Notes: generated by a model not told the origin, from the sequence alone. A stretch of 64,000 nucleotides of DNA from Bacilli bacterium (GCA_017434825.1 JAFSGC010000005.1:3-64002); one strand, 5' to 3'. Positions 40,030 through 50,940 are shown, counted from the stretch's first letter. A program made the numbers and translations.

Positions 40030-40254
40030 ATGAAATTGATAATTATATATTTAATAAGAGGATATCAAATAATCCCTTTTACCGGTCATAGTATGTGTAG
40101 ATTTACACCTACATGCAGCGAATATATGATTGAAGCCATAAATAAATTTGGAATAATAAAAGGAATAAAATTAGGAATAAAAAGAATAAAAAGATGTCGT
40201 CCATTCGGTGACTGTGGGTACGATCCTGTTCCCATGAAGGAGGAAAAATTTTGA
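40030..40254 (+). CDS. yidD: Membrane protein insertion efficiency factor
   Basis: [10 protein letters not shown] and RCRPF...GYDPVP motifs. Confidence 0.92.
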   Translation: MKLIIIYLIRGYQIIPFTGHSMCRFTPTCSEYMIEAINKFGIIKGIKLGIKRIKRCRPFGDCGYDPVPMKEEKF

Positions 40255-41114
40255 AAAATATAAAATATGGATTAATGGCACTTTTACTGTTTGTGCTATT
40301 TTTTGCAACTTCGTGTTCGATTCAAACAGATGATCTCGAAGGCGCAACTATATATACAACGGTATATCCTATTAATTTTTTAACAGAATATTTATATAAG
40401 GATTATGCAACAATCTCCAGTATATACCCTGTTGATTGTGATTTAAATACATATTCCCTAACAAAAAAACAAATTAAGAATTACGCCAAAGCAGATTTAT
40501 TTATCTATAACGGTCTTACCGATGAAAAGGAAACCGCTAAAACACTATTAAACAAAAACAAAAACTTATTAATTATTGATGTATCTTATGGTTTAGCATT
40601 AAAATACGCACCTGAAGAATTGTGGTTAAGTCCAAACAATTATTTAATGCTAGCCAAAAATATCAAAGACAATTTAATTGAATATTTGACAAGTAAGATT
40701 ATAATCGAAGACATCGAAAAGAATTATAAAGACTTTCAAGAAAAGATATCAATAATGGATGCGTCACTACATTCTCTTGGAAAAGAAGCAAAAGAAAATA
40801 GTAAAAATGTTATTATCGTATCAAACAATATGTTCAAATATTTAGAAAACTACGGCTTTGATGTAATTAGCCTAGAAGATTCAAGCAACCAAAAAGAAAA
40901 CAAATTAAATTCTATTAAAAGTAATTTTAAATCTGGCAAATATAAACATATTTTAGTAGCAGACATCGATCAAAGTGATGAATTAGTTCAAGACTTAGTT
41001 ACAAACAGCAAAGCAGAAAGTATTGTAGTAGATACTTTAACAATGACACTAACTGATGATTATTTTAATATAATGACAAAGTACATAGAAAATATTAAAA
41101 CTATCGTATCTTAA
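40251..41114 (+). CDS. ZnuA/TroA-like solute-binding lipoprotein with degenerate metal ligands
   Basis: Lipobox-like [19 protein letters not shown] and WLSP motifs. Confidence 0.75.
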   Translation: MKNIKYGLMALLLFVLFFATSCSIQTDDLEGATIYTTVYPINFLTEYLYKDYATISSIYPVDCDLNTYSLTKKQIKNYAKADLFIYNGLTDEKETAKTLLNKNKNLLIIDVSYGLALKYAPEELWLSPNNYLMLAKNIKDNLIEYLTSKIIIEDIEKNYKDFQEKISIMDASLHSLGKEAKENSKNVIIVSNNMFKYLENYGFDVISLEDSSNQKENKLNSIKSNFKSGKYKHILVADIDQSDELVQDLVTNSKAESIVVDTLTMTLTDDYFNIMTKYIENIKTIVS

Positions 41115-41162
41115 TTGACAAATAAGCTACTTTCTAGTAAAATTAGAAATGTAGCTTGGTAT

Positions 41163-41254
41163 GGAGTAGTACTCAAGAGGCTGAAGAGGCGCCCCTGCTA
41201 AGGGTGTAGATCGGGTTAACCGGTGCGAGAGTTCAAATCTCTCCTGCTCCGCCA
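41163..41254 (+). tRNA. tRNA-Ser(GCT)
   Basis: Cloverleaf with long variable arm, anticodon loop CT-GCT-AA, TTCAAAT, CCA end; promoter TTGACA-17-TAAAAT at 41115-41143. Confidence 0.97.
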
Positions 41255-41265
41255 TAGTAAAATTT

Positions 41266-41290
41266 AAGAACTAGAAATAGTTCTTTTTTT
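41266..41290 (+). terminator. Terminator after tRNA-Ser
   Basis: AAGAACTA-gaaa-TAGTTCTT followed by a T-tract. Confidence 0.75.
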
Positions 41291-41346
41291 ATGCATATGA
41301 ATTTAATGCATAAAAAAAATCAAGTAATTCTTGATTTATTTTCAAT

Positions 41347-41423
41347 TGGTGACCCGTACGGGATTTGAACCCATGTATGCATGCGTGAAAGGCATGTGTG
41401 TTTGACCGCTTCACCAACGGGCC
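41347..41423 (-). tRNA. tRNA-Glu(TTC)
   Basis: GGCCCGTTGGTGAAGCGG...CT-TTC-AC...GTTCAAATCCCGTACGGGTCACCA. Confidence 0.97.
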
Positions 41424-41428
41424 AAAAA

Positions 41429-41505
<77 letters not shown>

Positions 41506-41629
41506 ACTTCTTTTTGCAGTACTCTTTAATTCTATACTATTTTTTTAAATAATGCAACTATTTTTTCCATTTTTTTAACAAAATCATCAAAAATGCTGTC
41601 TTGCAAATAAAAAAGATGGATATTTCCAT

Positions 41630-41944
41630 CTATTCTTCGCAATTTAATCCCGCAAACTCTTTTGCTAACATATTATATTTGGCATCAATTTTCTTTTTAT
41701 CAACACTTTCTAATTGATACCAACCATTTTGAAACATTATTTCAAACGTAGTCCTTTGACACTCAGAAAAGATATCAAACTGCTTCTTATATTTAAGATA
41801 CAAAGAATTATTACTAACCTCATTCAAAATAACTGCATAATTTGTAACCAACTCTTTTAGCGTTCCTAATAAGCGATTCATATAGTCCTTATCGTTTAGG
41901 TTAACATTTTGCGGTACTTCAGTTTGCTTATTTTGAATCTTCAT
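41630..41944 (-). CDS. Spore coat protein, Coat_F (CotF-like) family
   Basis: LNDKD...LK....Y....NE.SN...Q...FE.MFQNGWY pattern. Confidence 0.8.
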   Translation of the reverse strand: MKIQNKQTEVPQNVNLNDKDYMNRLLGTLKELVTNYAVILNEVSNNSLYLKYKKQFDIFSECQRTTFEIMFQNGWYQLESVDKKKIDAKYNMLAKEFAGLNCEE

Positions 41945-42155
41945 TTAAACCTCCCTCTAATATACTTAAAATATCTTCCATTGCTGTATAAAAAATTTCA
42001 ACAGACTTTTCTAGATGGTTTTCTAACTCAGTATCTTCTACCATATCTAATGCGTCAATAGTATTTTTGTATGCTCCATAATTCCAATTGAACATATCTT
42101 GAAGATATTCCAAATCTTTTCCAGTTATAATTTCTGGCACTTTTTCATATTCCAT
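41928..42155 (-). CDS. Small spore-associated protein paired with the Coat_F gene
   Basis: RBS AGGAGGG before ATG 42155; ITGKDLEYLQDMFNWN. The longer ORF-track start runs into the tRNA-Lys 3' end. Confidence 0.7.
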   Translation of the reverse strand: MEYEKVPEIITGKDLEYLQDMFNWNYGAYKNTIDALDMVEDTELENHLEKSVEIFYTAMEDILSILEGGLNEDSK

Positions 42156-42176
42156 GTATAAATACCCTCCTAATAC

Positions 42177-42205
42177 TAATTTGGTCTCTTTAACTAGATT
42201 TATAC
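42177..42205 (-). promoter_or_regulatory. Possible sigma-G/F-type promoter for the Coat_F pair
   Basis: GTATA-17 bp-CAAATTA on the minus strand, resembling GHATR-N17-CATAMTA. Confidence 0.4.
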
Positions 42206-42247
42206 AAACAAAAAACGAACCTAAATAAGATTCGTTTATTTCCTTCA

Positions 42248-42323
42248 TGGTGGGCTGTTAGGGATTCGAACCCTAGACCCACTGATTAAGAGTCAGTTGC
42301 TCTACCAACTGAGCTAACAGCCC
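42248..42323 (-). tRNA. tRNA-Lys(CTT)
   Basis: GGGCTGTTAGCTCAGTTGG...CT-CTT-AA...GTTCGAATCCC...CCA. Confidence 0.97.
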
Positions 42324-42408
42324 ATAAAGAACAGTACTAATTAAGTATAACATAGGTTATTTAAAAAATAAAGTTTTTTTAAATAAAAAAGGCAAATTAA
42401 TTTTTGCC

Positions 42409-42972
42409 TTAGAACTTAACCTTTACTGTAGCTTTCTCTTCTTCTGAAGCTTCAAAGAAATTTTCTTTTTTAAATCCAAACATACTAGCAACCATATTTG
42501 ATGGGAACAATTCTATTTTATTATTTAAATTTAAAACTGAATCATTATAGAATTGTCTAGCGTAAGTAATTTTTTCTTCAGTAGCAGATAACTCTGATTG
42601 TAAATTAATAAAATTTTGATTAGCTTTTAAATCCGGATACGCTTCAGAAAGTGCAAATAATTTATTTATAGCTTTATTAAGTTCTCCGTCTGCTTTTAAT
42701 TGTTCTTCAGGAGTACTTGCAGATAAATAACTATTTCTAGCGTTTATTACACCTTCTAGTGTTTCTTTTTCATGTTTTGCATAACCTTTTACCGTTTCCA
42801 CTAAATTTGGTATTAAATCAAATCTTCTTTTTAATTGAATATCAATTTGACTCATTTGATCCTTAACACGATTTCTTAATACAACCAAACTATTACGTGT
42901 AGCTATAATATAAAAAACAATTAATAGCACTACAGCAACAATAACTAAGATTATGATAGTTGAAGTTTCCAT
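42409..42972 (-). CDS. lemA: LemA family protein
   Basis: IDIQLKRRFDLIPNLVETVKGYAKHE, EAYPDLKANQNF and ARQFYND motifs. Confidence 0.95.
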   Translation of the reverse strand: METSTIIILVIVAVVLLIVFYIIATRNSLVVLRNRVKDQMSQIDIQLKRRFDLIPNLVETVKGYAKHEKETLEGVINARNSYLSASTPEEQLKADGELNKAINKLFALSEAYPDLKANQNFINLQSELSATEEKITYARQFYNDSVLNLNNKIELFPSNMVASMFGFKKENFFEASEEEKATVKVKF

Positions 42973-43090
42973 TTACTATCCTCCTTTACTATAAAAAGTA
43001 TATCATATCAACAGCAACATCACAATCGTATTTTCCCCTACTTCACTTGATTATCTAACATTATGTGATAAAATAATTCTAGGTGAAATT

Positions 43091-43384
43091 ATGAAAGTTA
43101 AATATCTTAGATTAAGTAAAGAAGAACGAAAAAAAGTTAAAGAAAAGTATTATCAAACAGAAACAGGAAAATATGTAAAGAAAAAGCTTATTTCGTCATT
43201 AATATGTGCAATAGGATGTTTACTATTCTCTGCATATTTAATAACCGATGCTTTTATCAATAATCTATCTACATTTGAAAAAGTGTATGGATTTATGATT
43301 TTAATAGTAGGAATGTTCTTATTAATAGCTTATAGAAAAATATATGTAAGAAAAATTAATGAATATGTAATTAAAAACAAATAA
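43091..43384 (+). CDS. Hypothetical 2-TM membrane protein
   Basis: RBS AGGTGA; two hydrophobic helices. Confidence 0.7.
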   Translation: MKVKYLRLSKEERKKVKEKYYQTETGKYVKKKLISSLICAIGCLLFSAYLITDAFINNLSTFEKVYGFMILIVGMFLLIAYRKIYVRKINEYVIKNK

Positions 43385-43408
43385 TGTGTTTAATTACATA
43401 TTTTTATT

Positions 43409-43750
43409 ATGAGAAATAATTTAGATGAAATAAAAATAGAAAACATTATATGGATTATATACATTTTTCTATCAATTTTTGCTCTAATATCAAATTACTA
43501 CGAATCAAAATATCAAACATTTCAAATATTTCAGGACAAACAAAAATACAGATGCATTAATATAGCTATTTTTGAAGTAGCTTTGATAATATATCTGTAT
43601 TTTCTTTATGTTCATTTTAAACATATCAATAACCAAAATAAATATTCTTACATATCCACATTCGGTTCAATTCTTTTCGTAGTTGCAGGAGCAATATTTT
43701 TATACTGTGAAGTCAAAACAGCTCAAGAAGAAAACATTGGATTTATTTAA
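43409..43750 (+). CDS. Hypothetical 3-TM membrane protein
   Basis: Three hydrophobic segments; fills the gap; no clear RBS. Confidence 0.6.
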   Translation: MRNNLDEIKIENIIWIIYIFLSIFALISNYYESKYQTFQIFQDKQKYRCINIAIFEVALIIYLYFLYVHFKHINNQNKYSYISTFGSILFVVAGAIFLYCEVKTAQEENIGFI

Positions 43751-44936
43751 AATCATAATATACTTGATGATCCTCTAAAGATACTCCTTTAACTTTTGCT
43801 AATTCCGAAATACTAAGCACCTGTACATCCATTAAATATAATATCTCGAGTAAACTTATTGCCGCCTCAATCGAAGTATTATAGGTATCATGAAATAGAA
43901 TTATTGACCCATCTGATAAATTATCCAATACATAAGATTTAATATATTCAACGTCTTTGTATCTCCAATCGTTAGTATCTAAATTCCATCTAATAAATGA
44001 ATTATCAATTGAATCTAAAGTATTTTTATTATAAGCACCATATGGAGGTCTAGTTAATTTAAAGTGACCGCCTGTAATATCATTTAGTATTTTATCCGAA
44101 ATAGCAAATTCCTCTTTGATAGTAGCAGAACTTTGTGATGTAAAATATGCATGCTTATAACTATGATATCCGACTTCGCTATGTGAATCATAAACTTTTT
44201 TAACGGTTTGAGCATCCCCACTTAATTTATACCCAACCATAAAGAATGTTGCGCTCATTTTATAATCCTCAAGGGCATCTACTAGTTCCTGCGTCTTCGT
44301 CCCGTTTGGCCCATCATCAAATGTAAATGATACACTTAGCTTATTTGGGTCAGTAACATAGCCATCTTCAGGTTCATGCTCAACTAATGACGGAGTATCA
44401 AAAACTAGATAATCTTGAATTTCGACATAATACACTTTTAAACTAAAACTTCTTTCCGTTTGAACCAAATTTTCAGTGTCATACAAAATTTCTAAATATT
44501 CTTCCTTAAAAAAATATTCTTTTTTAGCAGACTCTAAAAGGATTTCCACAATCGAAGAAGGATATTTTTTTAATAACAATTCTTTTTCTTTCTTGATAAA
44601 GTTAATCTCTTGTTCATCAACAATAAAATCTTGAATTGATATCTCTTCTCCGTTTTTAATATCTACTAAATGACTTTCAACATCACCATTATTTAAATAA
44701 ACTACATTTAAATACTGTTCCCCTAAGAGGATCTCACTTTGAAGTTCACCTTCAAACTCAAGTTTCTTCGCTGGATTTTCAGTATTTTCACTTTTATATA
44801 ATATTGGTTTATCAACAGTATTTAATGGATAAAATAAATATACAAAACCAATTAATATCAAGATAGTTAAAACTAAAGTTTTTTCAGTTTTTGTAGCTTT
44901 TATTTTTTTTAATTTAAATTGATCCATCTTCGTCAT
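43743..44936 (-). CDS. Polysaccharide/peptidoglycan deacetylase (NodB domain, PgdA-like)
   Basis: N-terminal TM; TFDDGP, HSYKH, RPPYG, DTNDW and ILFHD CE4 motifs. Confidence 0.9.
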   Translation of the reverse strand: MTKMDQFKLKKIKATKTEKTLVLTILILIGFVYLFYPLNTVDKPILYKSENTENPAKKLEFEGELQSEILLGEQYLNVVYLNNGDVESHLVDIKNGEEISIQDFIVDEQEINFIKKEKELLLKKYPSSIVEILLESAKKEYFFKEEYLEILYDTENLVQTERSFSLKVYYVEIQDYLVFDTPSLVEHEPEDGYVTDPNKLSVSFTFDDGPNGTKTQELVDALEDYKMSATFFMVGYKLSGDAQTVKKVYDSHSEVGYHSYKHAYFTSQSSATIKEEFAISDKILNDITGGHFKLTRPPYGAYNKNTLDSIDNSFIRWNLDTNDWRYKDVEYIKSYVLDNLSDGSIILFHDTYNTSIEAAISLLEILYLMDVQVLSISELAKVKGVSLEDHQVYYDFK

Positions 44937-44989
44937 TATAATACTACCTTCATAATCTAATTTTACCAAAAACAATGTAAAAACTCAAT

Positions 44990-45694
44990 TTATCTTAGTG
45001 ATTTAAACAAGCAAATTATCAAACAAACGACAAATACAATTGAGCATAACACAATTACCGCCTGAATATATCTCGAGTAAACATCAAGCTGAACATTATT
45101 AAAATCCCAATACAAAGCAGGAAGAAAGTATAATGATTCCATTTCTTTGCTTACAATTAAAGAAGAGATATAATTTGAACTCAAATATACTCCACAAGAA
45201 ATAATTAATGATAGGTTTGCTCTTTTTACAAGTAAACTCATACATAAACATATATAATTAATAAACACATACATTGGCAAACTTTTAATAAAATACAAAA
45301 AGCAATCAACCAAAACATTTAAATTTATCGTCTGAAACTTATATATAAATAACGAAACATCATACATAAATAATAACGAAATAAAAAATATCATTACTAA
45401 ATATAAGCAAATCATCATAAGTTTTGCAAATAAAAGCCTGTTATTTTTTAAATAAATTATTGTCCCATAATCATATTCCTCTGTCATAACACTCGAAGAA
45501 TAAAAGAGTGAAACAAACAAATAATAAAGCATAAACTCTTGATTAAAGTTACTAAATACATTTTCAACAAAAGCGCCATCGCTCCAATATAAATATCCTA
45601 CTATTAGGCTATATAAAAGTGTTAGGATAAATAATATTTTTAAATGGTTACTGCTAAACAGCTTATAAAATTCACCCTTAATATATTTAGACAT
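44990..45694 (-). CDS. ABC-2-type transporter permease
   Basis: IKGEFYKL start, EEYDYGTI, AKL, about 6 TMs. Confidence 0.75.
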   Translation of the reverse strand: MSKYIKGEFYKLFSSNHLKILFILTLLYSLIVGYLYWSDGAFVENVFSNFNQEFMLYYLFVSLFYSSSVMTEEYDYGTIIYLKNNRLLFAKLMMICLYLVMIFFISLLFMYDVSLFIYKFQTINLNVLVDCFLYFIKSLPMYVFINYICLCMSLLVKRANLSLIISCGVYLSSNYISSLIVSKEMESLYFLPALYWDFNNVQLDVYSRYIQAVIVLCSIVFVVCLIICLFKSLR

Positions 45695-46334
45695 ATAAAC
45701 CTCTTTTAATATAGCTTTCAATAGATTTATTGTGAAGAATATTAATTGGTTCACATTTATGTAATTCAGTCAAAATTATGGCTTTATTACAATATTTATC
45801 AAGTTCTGATAGTATATGACTAGAGATTACAATAGTTTTATTAATAGATTTAAGATATTCGATTACTCTCCTAAACATCTGTATTCCTTCATAGTCTAAC
45901 CCATTTAACGGTTCATCAAATAAATAAGTATCAGCATCTTTCATTAGGCTAAGCGCAATTCCGAGTTTTTGTTTCATTCCGAGCGACATTTTTGCGTATT
46001 TTATATTTTTATATTCCGTTAGCCCCACAAAATTTAATGCCTCATCAATTGATAACAAGCCATTATTTAGTAAACGCCCAAAATAAGTTAAGTTCTGTAA
46101 AGCGGTCATATACGGATAGAATTTTGGTCCCTCAATTAAAAATGACACATCAAACGCTCTAGATTTATTTGATTGAATTATTCCCGCCATAATTTTTAAT
46201 AGTGTTGTTTTGCCACTTCCGTTTCGACCAACTAAAGCAACAACATCTCCCCTATTTATTTTAATATTCACATTATCAAATATTATCTTTTTGCCATAAT
46301 AAAAAGATAAATTTTCATAAGAAAAATTATTCAT
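45687..46334 (-). CDS. ABC transporter ATP-binding protein (BcrA-like)
   Basis: GRNGSGKTT, MSLGMKQKL, FDEPLNGLD and ISSH motifs. Confidence 0.9.
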   Translation of the reverse strand: MNNFSYENLSFYYGKKIIFDNVNIKINRGDVVALVGRNGSGKTTLLKIMAGIIQSNKSRAFDVSFLIEGPKFYPYMTALQNLTYFGRLLNNGLLSIDEALNFVGLTEYKNIKYAKMSLGMKQKLGIALSLMKDADTYLFDEPLNGLDYEGIQMFRRVIEYLKSINKTIVISSHILSELDKYCNKAIILTELHKCEPINILHNKSIESYIKRGLYV

Positions 46335-46385
46335 TTTATCCTTTCCAATTTATCTTTCTCTATATTATATATTACCGAATATATA

Positions 46386-48932
46386 TTAATTTTCCTTTTT
46401 ATTTTTTGAATATTTTTGTTTTAATTCATATAAAACATTCAATGCTTCAATTGGTGTCAAATTCAATGGGTCGATATCATCAAATATATCTTCATCTTCT
46501 TGTGGTTTAGGGTCAAAATCTAAAGCCAGCTGCACATTATTAGTCTTCGGCTTTGTTGCATTTTGTTCATAATGATCTAAAATTTCATTTGCTCTAGCAA
46601 TTAAACTTTCCGGCATATTAGCTAAAGAAGCAACATGAATACCGTAACTTTTGTCGATTGAACCATTTTTAATTTTATGTAAAAAAACTAACTTATCATT
46701 TTCCAAAGTTGCATCCACATGCACATTTTTGATTGTCTTATACTTTTGATCTAACGAAGTTATTTCGTGATAATGCGTTGAAAACAAAGTTTTACATTTA
46801 ATGTTTTCATTCACATATTCCAAAATAGCTTGCGCTAAACTAATTCCGTCATAAGTTGCTGTTCCTCTTCCAAGTTCATCAAATAAAATTAAACTATCTT
46901 TAGTTGCATTTAAAATTGCGTTATTAGCTTCCATCATTTCCACCATAAATGTACTTTGTCCACCAACCAAATCATCCGATGCACCAATTCTAGTAAAAAT
47001 CTTATCGATTACAGGCAAATTAGCTTCCTTACAAGGAACAAATGAACCAATTTGAGCCATCACAATTGTTATGGCAATTTGTCGCATATATGTAGATTTA
47101 CCACTCATATTAGGCCCAGTAATTAATAAAGTAGATGTATGTTCATCCATCACACAATCGTTATCAACGTATTCTTCATTTGATACCATTTCAACAACAG
47201 GATGCCGTCCACCAGTAATCTTTAATATATGATCGCTATTTAACTTTGGTCTTACCAAATTATAATCATCAGTTATTTTAGAAAAAGCTGTTATAACATC
47301 TAATTCACTTAATTCATCCGCAGTTTTACGAATGTCTAATATATATTTTTTAACTTCATTTTTTATAGCAATAAATAATTCATATTCTAAATCAATTATT
47401 TTTTCTTCTGCATTTAGAATCATTGATTCTTTTTCTTTAAGTTCTGGAGAAATAAACCTTTCGCAATTAGCTAATGTTTGTCTGCGTTCCCATCCATAAC
47501 TATCTTTTACTTCTGCAGCTTGCCCCTTGGATATTTCAATGTAATAACCAAACACTTTATTAAAACCAACTTTTAAATTTTTAATTCCAGTTTGTTCTTT
47601 TATTTGAGATTCAAAGCTTGCAACATAATCCTTACCATTAGCTCGTATATCTTTTAATTCATCCAGTTCTGCATTATACCCAGATTTAATAAGCCCGCCT
47701 TCTTTTATTGTAATCGGAGCATCTTCACTAATGGAAGACTCTAATAGTTGATACAACTCTTCAAAAGTCTTAATCTCATAATTAAAATTTAATTTTTTCA
47801 CTATATCTTTAATTTGTGGTAATGTACCTAAGCTTTTTTTAAGTTGTAACAGATCTCTACCATTCAAATTGCCATTCGTTACTTTTCCAGTCAATCTTTC
47901 GATATCATAAACTTCATCAAGTAGGTCACGAAGTTCGTCTTTAAGAATAAATTCTTCATTAAGCTTTTCAATTTGATCATAACGAGAATTTAGCACATTA
48001 ATATTTTTTATTGGATTTAATACCCAGTCTTTTAGTTTTCTTGAACCCATTGCAGTTTTACACTTATCCAAAAGCCAAATAAGCGAATATTGACGTTCTT
48101 TATTACGTAGAGTTTCAACAAGCTCTAGATTACGTATTGTATGCACATCCATTTGGAGATAATCATTTCGATTAATAACCTGTAACTCATTAATTCCAGA
48201 TAAATCTTTAAGTTCACATGAAATTAAATAATAAAATAAATGTTTAACTCCAAGTTTTACTCGAGCATCAATAACTCCATCAAACAACGCCTCATTAACT
48301 TCTTCATATAAGTTATTATTAATCGCAATTTCGATATTATATCTTGTTTTTAATAGATCAATTAGTTCTACTTCCAAGTTATCTTTTAAAACAATTTCTT
48401 TAATTTGATAATGCAGAATCTGATTAACTAATTTATTCTCGTCTTTATTTAAAGATATACTTAATAATTTTCCAGTAGATATATCTAATAGAGTTAAGAC
48501 ATAAATATCTGGATACACTAATAACGATGCAATATAAGATGCACTATAGCTATCAAGCAACTCAAGATCTGCAATTGTTCCTTTACTTATTACATCTGTA
48601 ACCCCACGTTTTACCATTCCCTTTACTGCTCTAGCGTCTTCTAGTTGCTCACAAATAGCAACACGATATCCTTTATTAACCAGCTTTTCGATGTAACCCT
48701 TAACCGAATGATGAGGAACCCCACACATTGGAACTCTTTCATCAAGACCCGCAACACGTCCAGTTAAAGTAAGTTCTAATTCCTTTGAAGCAGTTATACC
48801 ATCTTCAAAAAATAGCTCATAAAAATCACCAAGACGATAAAACAATAATTCATCTTGGTATTGGTCTTTTATTTCCATATATTGGGCCATCATAGGGCTT
48901 AATTTACTTCTATCTACTTCGCTTCTTTTCAT
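46386..48932 (-). CDS. mutS: DNA mismatch repair protein MutS
   Basis: FYRLGDFYELFFED, TGPNMSGKSTYMRQ, DELGRGT and FSTHYHE motifs. Confidence 0.98.
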   Translation of the reverse strand: MKRSEVDRSKLSPMMAQYMEIKDQYQDELLFYRLGDFYELFFEDGITASKELELTLTGRVAGLDERVPMCGVPHHSVKGYIEKLVNKGYRVAICEQLEDARAVKGMVKRGVTDVISKGTIADLELLDSYSASYIASLLVYPDIYVLTLLDISTGKLLSISLNKDENKLVNQILHYQIKEIVLKDNLEVELIDLLKTRYNIEIAINNNLYEEVNEALFDGVIDARVKLGVKHLFYYLISCELKDLSGINELQVINRNDYLQMDVHTIRNLELVETLRNKERQYSLIWLLDKCKTAMGSRKLKDWVLNPIKNINVLNSRYDQIEKLNEEFILKDELRDLLDEVYDIERLTGKVTNGNLNGRDLLQLKKSLGTLPQIKDIVKKLNFNYEIKTFEELYQLLESSISEDAPITIKEGGLIKSGYNAELDELKDIRANGKDYVASFESQIKEQTGIKNLKVGFNKVFGYYIEISKGQAAEVKDSYGWERRQTLANCERFISPELKEKESMILNAEEKIIDLEYELFIAIKNEVKKYILDIRKTADELSELDVITAFSKITDDYNLVRPKLNSDHILKITGGRHPVVEMVSNEEYVDNDCVMDEHTSTLLITGPNMSGKSTYMRQIAITIVMAQIGSFVPCKEANLPVIDKIFTRIGASDDLVGGQSTFMVEMMEANNAILNATKDSLILFDELGRGTATYDGISLAQAILEYVNENIKCKTLFSTHYHEITSLDQKYKTIKNVHVDATLENDKLVFLHKIKNGSIDKSYGIHVASLANMPESLIARANEILDHYEQNATKPKTNNVQLALDFDPKPQEDEDIFDDIDPLNLTPIEALNVLYELKQKYSKNKKEN

Positions 48933-48934
48933 AC

Positions 48935-49840
48935 CTATCTCTTTTTAACTTCTTCTCTTTCTTGCAACATCCAAAAAGGATTAATTTTATTTAATGTTTC
49001 TATATAACTATTATCTAACGATTTGCGATTTGTCAACCTTTTTTCAGGATTAACCATCAAATAGTTAAAGTGATTAAATAGTCTTTCAATTTCTTCTTCA
49101 GAATCAGGGAATGTAAATAAATCTTCCTCTATTGCTTTATTAATAATCGCATTTATTGGTAATTTATTTACTTTTAAAAGACCGCTAACCGCTAAGTCTT
49201 CAAAAACATCAGCATACATTATCCTTATTAAGAACGGCTGACTAGTTTTAAGCAATTCCATGTCTTGTTTTAATTCTTCGTTCCCATTTACAAACGCATA
49301 TCCATTAATTGCCATAATAAATAATTGTGGTGGTGATACCGGTGTTCCAGCACGCAAACACACATTATTATAAAACCGATAAAAAGCTTGTCTTATCATA
49401 TCTGGCAAACATACAACTTTAGCACTTGTATCAAACTTCATTTTAAGACCATATACCTCATCAAAACCTTGAGTATAAACTTTATCTACATTTGCAATAA
49501 AGTCTCTAATTAAGCCGATTCCAAAATGAGGATTTTCTGTAAAAAAAGTATATACTTCTGACGGCTCATTGTTTGCAAAAAATTTTGTAAGATAATCATT
49601 TTTATCAGGATGATTATCTATGTAACGACGAATCAAGCAACTGATTACATCGTTTGGTTGCAAACCATTTTTCTTAGATATTACCAAAGTATTTTGATAC
49701 ACATAATTTAAAACTTCTGGGTCCGTAAAGATTTCTTGATTATCTTTAACAAAACCTACAACATCTTTTATTTCTGTAACTTTCATACCCTTCGCAGAAT
49801 ATAAAAGTGATAATACATAAACTTCTTCTCTACTACTCAC
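48935..49840 (-). CDS. Hypothetical protein
   Basis: ~300-aa ORF, RBS GGGAG, TGGTATACT extended -10; start uncertain; no recognised motif. Confidence 0.7.
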   Translation of the reverse strand: MSSREEVYVLSLLYSAKGMKVTEIKDVVGFVKDNQEIFTDPEVLNYVYQNTLVISKKNGLQPNDVISCLIRRYIDNHPDKNDYLTKFFANNEPSEVYTFFTENPHFGIGLIRDFIANVDKVYTQGFDEVYGLKMKFDTSAKVVCLPDMIRQAFYRFYNNVCLRAGTPVSPPQLFIMAINGYAFVNGNEELKQDMELLKTSQPFLIRIMYADVFEDLAVSGLLKVNKLPINAIINKAIEEDLFTFPDSEEEIERLFNHFNYLMVNPEKRLTNRKSLDNSYIETLNKINPFWMLQEREEVKKR

Positions 49841-49883
49841 CAAAAACACTCCCTTTTTGCATGAAATAGTATACCATAAATAA

Positions 49884-50900
49884 TTATTTTATGCTATTTA
49901 AATAATTAACAGCTTCATCAAAGTTTTTTACACATTTAAGCTTAAAATCTAAATCATATTTTTCATACACAGCTGTAGCTTCATCACAATTTTCCTGTGG
50001 AGCTAAATACACATCAGCGCCATTACGATTTGCTCCAATCATTTTATATTTAATTCCACCGATTTCTCCAACTTTTCCATTTTGATTTATTGTGCCGGTT
50101 CCTGCAATTACCTTCCCTGAAGTTAAGTCTTCATCTACTAATCTATCATAAATCGTTAGCGTTAACATCAAGCCTCCACTAGAACCGGCTTCTGAACCCT
50201 TGCTTTTAAATTCAACTTCAAGATCTGTTTCATATTCAAACTTTTCAAAGAAAGTTATGCCTACGACTTTTCGATTATCGTATTTATATACTACAGCATA
50301 TCTTTCTTTATATCCATCATCAGTCTCTACATAAAATGACACTTTATCGCCATATTGCAATGTACCAATGTATGATCTGACATCTTCAATATCTTTACAG
50401 TCGATTCCGTTTATTTTCTCTATTCTATCTAGCACCTGTAAATCAGTTTTCGCAACTTCCTCTACAGTATTTACTACTAATTGCTTCTTATTTACTTTAA
50501 CATCGTAACCAGCTTTCTTAAAAGCTACCATTTGTGCTGTGTCCACAGAATTCTGTAAATCTAATTGCGATAAACGAAAATTCTCTTCATAATTTCCATC
50601 GTATAAAGTTCCTTCTTCTTTCTCAATATCCCAACCGTCAAAAAGAAAAGATAATAATATATTTGGTAATGTTCCTTTAGCCATAGTTACATACGTCATA
50701 TTATAGCTACCTATAGTATCTTTAGTGCCTTCGACTTCGATCCTTTCATTTAAATCAATTAGACCACCCGGACGATAAACTACATATGGAAACGGATAAT
50801 AGCAAATAACAATTAATCCAAATAAAAAAATCACATTAAATAAAATTAATTTATAATTATCTTTAAAATAAGCATATACTTTATTAATTAGCTGTTTCAT
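49884..50900 (-). CDS. ylbL: YlbL/SepM-like PDZ-Lon (S16) protease
   Basis: N-terminal TM, GSSGGLM Ser, IAGTGTI, IGGIKYK Lys; divergent from ylbJ. Confidence 0.85.
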   Translation of the reverse strand: MKQLINKVYAYFKDNYKLILFNVIFLFGLIVICYYPFPYVVYRPGGLIDLNERIEVEGTKDTIGSYNMTYVTMAKGTLPNILLSFLFDGWDIEKEEGTLYDGNYEENFRLSQLDLQNSVDTAQMVAFKKAGYDVKVNKKQLVVNTVEEVAKTDLQVLDRIEKINGIDCKDIEDVRSYIGTLQYGDKVSFYVETDDGYKERYAVVYKYDNRKVVGITFFEKFEYETDLEVEFKSKGSEAGSSGGLMLTLTIYDRLVDEDLTSGKVIAGTGTINQNGKVGEIGGIKYKMIGANRNGADVYLAPQENCDEATAVYEKYDLDFKLKCVKNFDEAVNYLNSIK

Positions 50901-50940
50901 TTTATTCACCCTATTAATTATAACAAACTATGGAGATTTT

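Noticed and set aside
46386-48932. mutS without an adjacent mutL as a novel repair system
   Set aside because: mutL may lie elsewhere in the genome; this cannot be judged from the window.
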